NCBI RefSeq assembly: GCF_009914755.1
Contig: NC_060925.1
Length of the DNA: 64,000 nucleotides
Direction: 5' to 3' (one strand)
Origin: the human T2T-CHM13v2.0 reference genome, Homo sapiens
The position numbers were made by a program, and so were the translations under genes. Positions 49,084 to 64,000 of this stretch are shown in pieces (positions within the stretch are counted from its first letter, which is position 1; every line of letters starts with the position of its first letter). Under the pieces are notes generated by a model that was given only the letters and a program-made list of their open reading frames with translations, was not told where the DNA came from and made no database searches.

Positions 49084-49639
49084 TGAGGAAAGCTTTTCAG
49101 ATGCTTCATATCAGGGAAAATGTCCAGGTTTTCTGAAACAAATGTGACTTAGACCTCTGAAAGAGGAGAGGGAGGTGCAGCCACCTCAGCTGCCTGGAAG
49201 GTAATCTGGTATGAAAGGATTGTGTTTTAGCAGTGACTGTGCTTTAATTTTATATGCACTTGTGTGGCTCTATGATTAATCTCTGACATTATCTCCTCTA
49301 CCAGACTGTAAGCAACATGGCAGCGAAATCACGTGTCTTTTGCTGAACGCATTTCCTGTAGCTGCCTGGCAGGGTCAGGCAAAGGCAGTTGGTTAATAAA
49401 TCTTTGCTGAATGGATCAGTCAATCAGTGATGCTACAGTGGAAGGGGCTTGAGCCTTGGGGTCAGACAGACCTGGCTGTGTGAACTTAAACTTGTGGTTT
49501 AACACTTTCTATAAACTAACAGTAATCATGAACAACTTGCAGGATTCTTTCAAGGACTGGACGAAATAGCCCATGTGAAAGGTCAGGTGGATGGTGGGTG
49601 TTAGCTGAGGTTCTTCCCCACCCCTTTCTACCAGAGGGT

Positions 49640-50660
<1,021 letters not shown>

Positions 50661-51224
50661 CAATTTTATTAAGTTCTTTACTATTATTGTATATTATAGA
50701 AATTTGATTTAACCCGTATTATATAATGCCAAAAATCTACTGAGAAAGTTGACAAAATAAATCTTACAGATTTGTTCCTGAAGTCAGCATGTTGAAAATT
50801 AACTTTGAGGAAGTTTGCTGCAACATACATTTTTAATTCATTTATCTTGGCTCACCTTCTGAACACCAATGTGATAAAAAGTTGTATTGTTAAATTTTAA
50901 TTTCTGTGCACTGAAAGTCTAACCTCAGTGGTCTGGGGGCCAACATTAGTTAATGGAGGTGGCTGAATCCTCCTAGGAGCCATGAACCTGCACAAGCCTT
51001 GACTCATTCTTAGGAATGTACCTTAAGAAATAAATTCAATAGAATGAAATATATTCATAGAGATATTTAGCATGACCAAAATGTCCAAAATTGGCGTATT
51101 GGGTTTCATAAATTATAACTCACTCAGTTATTCAGTAAATATTTGTCAAATGTCTACCATGTGCTAATTATCATCTTTGACCTGACAGCTGTAGCAGTAG
51201 ACAAAATAGACAACCCTTCCCTTT

Positions 51225-51543
<319 letters not shown>

Positions 51544-51770
51544 ATGGAGATTACTTTCTAATGAGGGCAGGGTGAAACAAATATAAACAAGATACATAAG
51601 TAAACGTACAGTATGGCAAATGGGGATAAGTGTTTTGGAGAAAAACAAAGCAAAGGCAGGGAAAAGGAGTTCAGAAGTGGGGTGGAGTGGAGTCTTATTT
51701 TAAATAGAGTGGTGGATGGCCCTTACTAAACAACACAAAGGAATGTTAAATATTAAAATTAAGAATACTG

Positions 51771-52073
51771 GGCTGGGCGCAGGGGGCTCACGGCTGTAAT
51801 CCCAGCACTTTGGGGGGGCCAAGGTGGGTAGATCACGAGGTCAGGAGTTGGGGACCAGGCTGACAAACATGGTGAAACCTTGTCTCTACTAAAAATACAA
51901 AAATTAGGCGAGCGTGGTAGAGCACGCCTGTAATCCCAGTTACTCAGGAGGCTGAGGCAGAAAAATCGCTTGAACTCAGGAGGTGGAGGTTGCAGTGAGC
52001 CAAGATGTGCCACTGCACTCCAGCCTGGGTGACAGAGCGAGACTCCATCTCAAAAAAAAAAAAAAAAAAAAAA
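51771..52073 (+). mobile_element. AluS-like element
   Basis: TSD aagaatact. Confidence 0.93.
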
Positions 52074-52142
52074 GAATACTCTAGCAATGTGGAAAAAGTT
52101 TCATGATATATTGTTCAATGAGAAACAACGAATATAAAATAG

Positions 52143-52638
<496 letters not shown>

Positions 52639-52647
52639 TTATGTATG

Positions 52648-52941
52648 GGCCGGGCATAATGGCTCACACCTGTAATCCCAGCACTTAGGGAGGCCGAGGT
52701 GGGTGGATTACTTGAGGTCAGGAGTTCGAGACCAGCCTGGCCAACATGGAGAAATCCTGTTCTCTACTAAAAATACAAAAATTAGCTAGGCGTGGTGGCG
52801 CATGTCTGTAATACCAGCTAGTCAGGAGGCTGAGGCATCAGAATTGCTTGAACCCAGGAGGTAGAGGTTGCAGTGAGCTGAGATTGCGCCACTGTATTCC
52901 AGCCTAACTGATAGAGTGAGACTGTCTCAAAAAAAAAAAAA
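52648..52941 (+). mobile_element. AluS-like element
   Basis: Full Alu. Confidence 0.93.
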
Positions 52942-53786
52942 TTAAGTATGTATGTGTATGTGTGTGTGTATATATATATATACACACACATATATATGAT
53001 ACAAAAACATGAAAATAGTTGTTTATGTGTAGAATTCATGGATGGTTCTAATATTGTCTTATGGCATTATTTACTCTGGGCATACAATGTTTTCAGTTGT
53101 AAATAAAAATATTCAAAGATTTCCTAGGAATAACTGAAACTGAGTGAATGGTAGGGCAAGGGCACAGACAGCACTTTTGTTTGCTTTGGAAGAATTTTAC
53201 TTGGGGCATGTCTAAGCGAGAATCTTCTATTAAGGCAACTAAAAAATTAAATGTATTCAGGGAGATGAAAGTTATGTTGTTCCTGGTGCTGAGAACAACA
53301 GTTGTACAGCACTGGCTGTGACCATGAAAGTGATGGTAAGTTTACCATATGTTCATACTTGAGTTACCACGTTCAGATTTGGTATGGGGCTATATTTTTT
53401 AAGATTGACTAAAATAAAATGTACTGATATATCTTATTGCAAACTACACTTCCTTATGTGTCCAAGAGATTATGATTAATGGCAAAAAAAAAAAAAAAAA
53501 AGTGATTTGGTATCCCTCACATAAGGTAGAGGAAATTCTCTAAAGATCGGTAACCACTCCCAGACAAGGTCCTCTGATTATTGTAGGAGCATAGACTTGG
53601 ACTCAAACACCATTGCTAATGCATTTCTCTAAAAATGCTTGCATCGCGTGGCAACCAGAGGCAACCCACAGAATGGGAGAAAATATTTGCAAACTACCCA
53701 TCTGACAAGGGATTAATAACCAGAATATATAAAAAGCTTAAACAATCAATAGGGAAAAGAAAATCTGATTTTAAAATAGGCCAAAG

Positions 53787-54072
<286 letters not shown>

Positions 54073-54172
54073 AATTAATTAATTAATTAAAATAAGCAAA
54101 AAATCTGAATAGACATTTCTCAAAAGAAGACACATAAATGGCTAACAGGTGTATAAAAAAAAAGTTCAACAT

Positions 54173-54461
<289 letters not shown>

Positions 54462-54849
54462 GTTCAACATTACTAATCATCAGAAAAATGCAAATGAATC
54501 CTGCAATGGGATATCATCTCACCTCAGTTCAAATGTCTTTTATCCGAAAGCCAGGCAATGATGAATGCTACTGAGGATGTGGAGAAAGGGGAACCTTCAT
54601 ACGCTGTTGGTAGGAATGTAAATTAGTACAGCCACTATGGAGAACAGTATGAAGGTTCCTCAAAAAACTAAAAATAGAACTACCATATGATCCAGCAGTC
54701 TCACTGCTGGGTATATATCGAAGAGAAAGGAAATTGTTATATCAAAGAGATATCTGCACTCCCGTGTTTATTGCAGCACTATTCACAATAGCCAAGCTAT
54801 GGAATCAACCCAAGTGTCTATCAATGGATGAATGGATAAAGAAAACGTG

Positions 54850-54902
<53 letters not shown>

Positions 54903-54937
54903 TGGAATATTATTCAGCCATAAAAAAGCATGAAATC

Positions 54938-55237
<300 letters not shown>

Positions 55238-55554
55238 TTAAATCCTGTCATTTACAACAACATGAAGGGAACTGGAGGACATTATATCAAGTAAAATAAG
55301 CCAGGCACAGAAAGACAAATATTGCTTGTTCTCACTAATATGTGGGAGCTTGAAAAAAAATTGAACTTGTCGAAGAAAAGAAATTGAACTTGCGGAGACG
55401 GAGAGTAGAATGATGGTTAGCAGAGGCTGGGAAGGGGAGTGGGGAAGAGGGAATAAACGGTGGATGGTTAATGGAACAAAAATACAGTTAGAAGAAAAAA
55501 GATCAGTGTTTGGTAGCACAATGGGTGACTATTGTCTATAATTTATCGTACATT

Positions 55555-55876
55555 TCTTTTTTTTCTTTCTTTCTTTTTTTTTTTTTTTTTTTTTGAGATG
55601 GAGTCTTCCTCTGTTGCCCAGGCTGGAGTGCTGTGGCTCGATCTCGGCTCACTGCAACCTGTGCCTCCTGGGTTCAAGGATTCTCCTGCCTCAGCCTCCC
55701 AAGCAGCTGGGATTACAGGCATGCGCCACCATGCCTAGTTAATTGTTGTATTTTTAGTAAAGACGGGGTTTCATCATGTTGGCCAGGCTGGTCTCAAACT
55801 CCAGACCTCAAGTCATCTACCCACCTCAGCCTCTCAAAGTGCTGGGATTACAGGCGTGAGCCACCGCGCCCGGCCT
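55555..55876 (-). mobile_element. AluS-like element
   Basis: TSD core tacatttc. Confidence 0.93.
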
Positions 55877-57188
55877 GTTCTACATTTCAAAATAACTTAA
55901 AAAGTGGAATTAGAATGTTCCTAACACAAAGAAATGATAAATTCTTGAGGTGATGGACACCCGCATTACCCTGATTGGATCATTACTCATTGTATGCTTA
56001 TATAAAAATGGCACATGTACCCCATAAATACATACATCTCTTATATATCTATAATAATTAAAAATAAAAATTTTTGTTAAAAAAGCATGGCAACCCATGA
56101 CCGATTTATTCCCTTACAAGACTGATCCAGAATTTCTAAGCACTGAGCACTCACTCTGTCTTCAAAGGGATAGTGGGGGCTGTCTTTGTTAGGAGCTCAA
56201 AAGCCCTGAATACCTGGCATTCTTCTGTCCAGCCTGTCACTTCCACTGAAGTAAACTCCAGTCACGAAGCTTTCGGAGTTCGGGTTAGCAGATTAACCAA
56301 GAGCTCAGCTGTGTTTACTCAGATTTTCTCTCTCATTGTTTCTTCCTTCTTTCTCTTTCTCTCTCTCTCTCTTTTTTAAATAATCACAGCAGTAAAAGTA
56401 CATTATACAATGATTAGGCTCTGTTGGATAGCCAACTATTCCATTATAGTGTAATGCTGTTTAAAATCTTCAAGTTGCTTTGAAAAACACACTCAGGTGA
56501 AATAAAGCAGCTGGCCAGCCGGCAGGCAATGAGTTAACCGTTGTCTATGAAAGGGAAGAGGAGGAGACATCACACACTCTTTTTTTCCAGTCCTTTCTGT
56601 CTCCTGGTTACTGAATAGTCCTAGTTTTGTTTTGGCTGATGGTCTGGGTGCCTTGTGATTGTTTTGATAGAGCTAAGAGTTAAAATAAATATTTCTGCAG
56701 CCAGAGGGTTCCAGCCCTGGTTCCTTGGTAACCTCATACAAGTTACTTAACTTCTTAGTACCTCAATTTTCTTGGGAGTAAATAGCAGTAAAACTCTGTA
56801 GGGTTGCTGGGAGGCTAATAGGAGTTAATACATGTTACCTGGTACATAATCCATGATTGTCAATAGGAACTCACATTTCTCCTTTCTCAAAGATGTTTTC
56901 AAGGACACAGAACACTCTCGCACACATCTTTGCCTCATTCAACCCTCCAGAGAGCTATTGTAATCAATGTGGAGAGTGGGAAAATGACCTGCCGCAGGTC
57001 ACATGGGTCTCAGTCCGATGTTCTCCTGCTACGCCACTAGCCATGTTTGTGCAAACCATAGGCCCAGCTGTCTATGCATACATAATAGATATGCAGAGTG
57101 CAAAATTCCTAAGGTAAATGGTAAAAAGTATGCCTTTGTCCCCCAGCCACTCAGTTTTCCTTCTCATTGTTTACTCTTTTCCCTGTGA

Positions 57189-57407
<219 letters not shown>

Positions 57408-57413
57408 TGATTA

Positions 57414-57808
<395 letters not shown>

Positions 57809-58447
57809 CTATAGGTTTAGTCTAGGGTCAGTGGGGAACAGAAAGGGGGCTAACATAGAGAATGAATGGCTTAAAAAAAATCCTCAGAAGGGCTGGAAGA
57901 ACAGGCTCTGGGTGGGGCCCCCAGGAGGCATCTAGAACATCTCCACAAAACTGACCCATCACTGGTAAAGCTATGTCAGTCCAGATCAGGAAGCTGCTTC
58001 CAGGAGTATTGAGTTCAAGAACCTACTCCCAACGCCACTGTCTCTGCCACCTAGGAAGCTGGAATTTGAACCCTGGGACACAGACTTCAGCCACTGCCTT
58101 CGCAACAATTGCTTCTTGAATGCCCCAAAGCTGGAGATGAGACGCTGGAAAAGTGCCATATGCTCCACAACCTTGCTTGCCAGTAGAGAAGATCAAGGCA
58201 GCAGCCTCTGCCTAATGTCCACCTTCCAAATCTCAAGCAAGTACAGCCGATGCAAGGGCGCTCACTCCTAGCCGGGATTCTTGTTGTGAGGCACTCTGGG
58301 AAATGTCGTGCTTAGCTTGCAAGCTTGTGAGGTAGGAAGGCCACTAAGAAATGAGACAGGATCTTGGGTCACAACTGATCAGAACAAAACCAAAAAAACA
58401 ATGAAGTGAGACAGGAGACTATGCCCAGCTAACATTAGCACAGTACC

Positions 58448-58756
<309 letters not shown>

Positions 58757-59052
58757 TGCTTTTTATTTTCTTATTGATTTATACTTATTTAATTTTTTTT
58801 TACTTTTGGTTTTTAAAGAAAAGCACATCTGTGTGTATTTGCCTTATGCTTGCCATTTCTTTTTGCTCCTTTCTAATCTTGTATTTCCTTCCCTAAATAG
58901 CCTATACGCATAGTCCTTCTACCATGTCAAATATTTTTACTGATTTCTTTCAAGATGGACTTTGTGGTACTAGATATCTCACCCATGGAATTATGTATAA
59001 ACTGGCAATATAATCCTTTATGCCATAATTTTTTTTCAGATTCCCATCCATC

Positions 59053-59108
59053 ATGACTGCCATCCGACTACGAGAATTTATTGAGCGTCGCCCAGTGATC
59101 CCGCCAAG
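59053..59108 (+). CDS. SPMIP3: First coding exon of sperm microtubule inner protein 3 (C1orf100). The exon spans 59040-59108 including 13 nt of 5'UTR, and the coding part ends in phase 2.
   Basis: Acceptor ataattttttttcag ends at 59039. ATG at 59053 encodes MTAIRLREFIERRPVIPP, followed by AG|GTATAG (donor after 59108). The peptide matches my recollection of the C1orf100 N-terminus (MTAIRLREFIERRPVIPPS...), and the split AG+Y codon gives the expected Ser. CpG-rich Arg codons are unlike the surrounding DNA. Confidence 0.88.
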
Positions 59109-59248
59109 GTATAGTTCTTCCAGATGCACAGCCTCCGGGACTGAAGCCAGGCAGCCAGGTGCCTGGGGAGTTAGAACTGCACATCCTGCTGCTCAGTGGT
59201 CCAGAGACTACTGCCAGGGAGTTCTAGGGAAGCTCTTTGGATATTTCC

Positions 59249-60024
59249 TGATGAGCAGGTCTGTGCAAACCTACCGGCAAAAGTCAGAGGAAGCTGAGAC
59301 GCCGAAGAAAGAGGCTGACAAATCCAGTTTCTTACAAAGAAATATTTAACAGGGACTTACGAACAGAAGCCATATATGTGTCTTGGGTAGCAGTGAGATG
59401 AGATGGTGGATGTCTGCGCCATTACCCCTGAGACCCAGGGTTTAGATACCATAGGGGAAGAGTGATACAGAAGGGATATATGGGACAATTGAAGTACGAT
59501 AACACCAATGTTGTTTGGCCGAAGGGCAGAACTTACAGTAAGTACCTGCTCTGACACCAGGAACTATAGAGAAACTGGAAATCTTAGAGGCCTGGGGTGA
59601 TATGATTTGGTTGTGTCTCCACTCAAATCTCATCTTGAATTGTAGCTCCCATAATTCCTACGTGTCGTGGGAGGGACCTGGTGGGAGGTAACTGAACCAT
59701 GGGGTGGGGTTTTCCCATGCTGTTCTCCTGACAGTGAATAAGTCTCACGAGATCTGATGGTTTTATAAGTGGGAGTTCCCCTGAACAAACTCTCTTGCCT
59801 GCCGCCATGGAAGACATGCCTTTCCTCCTCCTTTGCCTTCTGCCATGATTGTGAGGCCTCCCCAGCCGTGTGGAACTGTGAGTCCATTAAACCTCTTTTT
59901 CTTTATAAAATACCCAGTCTCGGGTATTTCTTCATAGCAGTATGAAAATGGGCTAATACAAGGGGTTAATCAGAAGCCAACATGGTGAATTAGCATCCAA
60001 CATAGAGTTGCTCTAGCCTCCACA
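59249..60024 (-). mobile_element. ERV solo LTR (LTR47-like, family uncertain), split by THE1
   Basis: gcaggtctgtgcaaacctacc...gaggctgacaaatccagtttc block; TG...CA ends; sequence continues across the THE1. Confidence 0.6.
59598..59960 (+). mobile_element. THE1 (C/D-like) solo LTR
   Basis: tgatatgatttggttgtgtc...ggctaataca; TSD (t/a)gggg. Confidence 0.95.
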
Positions 60025-60514
60025 TTGGGTTTAGGGAAAGTTGTAAGAAAAAGAAGCCTCACACTCACTGCAGAATCCAAGCAAACAGGCAACTCCAAAT
60101 TCCCAAAAGACCAGAAGGATATTGGTTTTTGCTTGGGAAGAGCTTTAGTGAGAAGTCTGAGCAATCCAAGCCCACATTTTGGATTGGACCATTTTACTCT
60201 GCTTGTGGGAAAACAAACTGCTCCTGTGCTTCCTCTGATGAGAGCTGACGGCACAGATGGAAACTAAGGAGCTGTTTCGCTCTTTCTTCAAGGTCCTCTA
60301 TGGCACAAGAATAACAAGCCCTAGATCTGTCTTGTTGTGCTAAATTTGGTATCAGATGACAGTCCGTAAATCCTAACCCCACTCCCCCTTCACCACCTCG
60401 ACGGGTCTGCAGCAGTGTAGTAGCTATAAATTTGTGACAGCAACCTCACACCGTGACATGGGGGTCAGCCTCCTGTAGCCCCGTTGGCTTTGTGGCTTTG
60501 AGCAAGCCTCGTGT

Positions 60515-60815
60515 TTAGTTTATTTTATTTTTATTTATTTATTAGAGACAAAGTCTGGCTCTGTTGCCCAGGCTGGAGTGAAGTGGCTGGATCATAGCTC
60601 AGTCCAACTTCAAACTCCTGGGCTCAACTGATCTTCCTGCTGCCTTAGTCTCCTGAGTAGCTAGGGCTACAAGCTGCCTGGCTAAATTTTAAATTTTTTG
60701 TAGAGACCAGGTCTCACTATGTTGCCCAGACTGTCTGGAACTCCTGGCCTCAAGCAGTCCTCCCACTTGGTATCACAAAGTGTGGGATTATGGGTGTGAG
60801 CCACAACACCCAGCC
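60515..60815 (-). mobile_element. AluJ-like element
   Basis: Diverged reverse Alu. Confidence 0.88.
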
Positions 60816-60948
60816 TCATGTTTATTTTAATATTGAGTTATTTTAGCCATGTTTGGTCAACAAAAGAGAAGTCCTTCTTCCAGAAACTACAGAAGGAGTG
60901 AATGGATGGATGTGTCCTTCCTGGCTACATCTTAAGAATTTTCTTTTA

Positions 60949-61770
<822 letters not shown>

Positions 61771-62287
61771 TGGAGAAGCCGTCCCATGGGAGATCCAGCC
61801 TGGAGGGGGAATGCACGGACTTGCTGATTGGACCCACAGGTCAGGAGAGGCACACAGAGCTGCCTCACGGTGCGCACTATGGGCGGAGGGTGGGGGCAAC
61901 AAGACTAGTTCAGGTGCAGGAAGAGCCGGAGCCGTCAGTGTGCCCCCCAACCCACGTGCGGCTCGGAGGACAAGCCCCAGAGAGCAGAAGACAGCCCAGC
62001 CTTAGGCCTCCAGGGGCCCCAGGGCCTGCTGTGCTCAGTTCCACCCAAACCCCCGGACTCCCGGCCAGGTCCAGACACCACAGAGCACTAGGCAGGAGTG
62101 GCCAATGGAGGTTTGTTTCCATTTTCCCCAGATAAGACCACAGTTAAATAGGCCTCTCAGTGAACAAAACAGATCTCAAACACACACAGAAAGAGCAAAC
62201 GCTGTGGGGAGACAATCAGGAAATACTGGAGCCAACTCCATTCCTCTCTCCCCTGCTTCCTCCTCATCCGGGTTTCAGGAAGGAAAG

Positions 62288-62860
<573 letters not shown>

Positions 62861-63230
62861 GCCACATCTCCAGGTTAGCCCTCCAGGCAGGGCTTACTTC
62901 CCTTTCTCTGCAACTCACTATCATGACCTCTGCCTTGCAGATTACCATTCCTGGTAGGCCCTGTAGGCACGGTTGTTGAAAATATTGAAATGAATGAGTG
63001 AGCAAAGTTATCCAATCGTTTATGTGTGGTGTGTACCCCTGGTGACTGATGGCACCTGAGCCTGCCCTTGTGTGGTTCTGCACAAGCATGTATCCAATTC
63101 ATCCTTAAATGGCCAAGCCTCAGAGCTACGCTACAGAAAACTGAGGTTTTGGGACACTAAATAAAAGTAAATATTAAATGGTTCACACTTAGTAGCGGCC
63201 ACATAAAATTCTTGTATTCATCATCATATT

Positions 63231-63521
63231 GGCCGGGTGCGGTGGCTGACGCCAGTGATCCCAGCACTTTGGCAGGCGAGGCAGGCGGATCATGAGGTCA
63301 AAAGATTGAGACCATCCTGGCCAACATGGTAAAACCCCGTCTCTACTAAAACTACAAAAAATTAGCAGGGCGTGATGGCACACACCTGTAGTCCCAGCCT
63401 CTCGGGAGGCTGAGGCAGGAGAATTGCTTGAACCTGGGAAGGCAGAGGTGGCAGTGAGCCAAGATTGCACCACTGCACTCCAGCCTGGCGACAGAGCCAG
63501 ACTCCGTCTCAAAAAAAAAAA
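63231..63521 (+). mobile_element. AluSc-like element
   Basis: TSD atcatatt. Confidence 0.92.
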
Positions 63522-63786
63522 TCATATTATATGCAACTGTTTACTGGTGCCATCCCCTGGCTACAGGCTGGAGGCCTGTCACTCAGAGAAGGGCTGGGTG
63601 TGGCATTGGTTTGTGGAACCCAGGATACTCCTGAAAAGATCACTTTAAGTGGATTAAATTCAGTGTGTTGTAGAAGATCGAAGATACAGAATTTGTGTGT
63701 GATTTAAATAGACTTTTAAAACTTTGATCGAAACAGTCTCTGAAGATCCAGAGGCAACTGTGTGGTCAGCCCATCCTGCGTGGGAT

Positions 63787-64000
63787 GATATTGGAGCAGC
63801 GTCATTTCTCTGGGGTACAACCCGTGGTTCATTGCCACACGCCAAAGAAATCAAGGACGTGAACATACAAGGAGTGAGGTTAAGAGCGGAGGTTTAATAG
63901 GCTAAAGAAAGAGAAAATCTCTCTCTTGCAGAGAGAGGGAGTCGCAGTGGGTCTTCTGGTCCCTGGTGAAGTGCAGGTTTTATAACTGAGCTTGAGGAGG
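63787..64000 (-). mobile_element. ERV1 LTR 3' end (MER61/MER50-like), runs off the window
   Basis: ctggggta..acccgtggttcattgc...aaatcaaggacgtg...ggaggtttaatagg block. Confidence 0.6.

Noticed and set aside
59109-59349. 98-aa ORF as a single-exon gene
   Set aside because: Only the first 18 codons look genic. A donor follows, and the remainder is intron and LTR sequence.
59855-59872. PRDM9 hotspot motif in THE1
   Set aside because: This copy reads cctccccagccgt and the 3562 copy reads cctcctcagccat; neither matches CCTCCCTNNCCAC.

Overview
Repeat-dense primate genomic DNA, almost certainly human or a close ape. The anchor is a 69-bp exon at 59040-59108 (+). It encodes MTAIRLREFIERRPVIPP, which I recognise from memory as the N-terminus of C1orf100/SPMIP3 (sperm microtubule inner protein 3, human 1q44, distal to ZBTB18). 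A plausible non-coding first exon ends at a CAG|GTAATA donor at 47060. On that reading, about 1-46900 is upstream intergenic DNA and 47061-64000 is introns 1-2. The rest is about 45 Alu elements, old and young L1 pieces, L2/MIR, MaLR LTRs (THE1, MLT1), ERV1 and ERVL remnants with readable gag/pro/RT motifs, a sense-oriented HERV-H LTR7, DNA transposons (MER2, MER53, Tigger4) and microsatellites. Almost all ORFs in the supplied track are repeat-derived noise. I found no convincing undescribed biological system. The best leads are: an LTR7 followed by a strong splice donor that could act as an alternative SPMIP3 first exon; a CpG-retaining domain around it; a 130-bp double-hairpin insert inside an MLT1; a young duplication with templated filler in MER53; and compact AP-1/NF-E2/RUNX/ETS motif clusters. 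Repeat subfamily names come from recalled consensus sequences. Boundaries are approximate unless a TSD is quoted.
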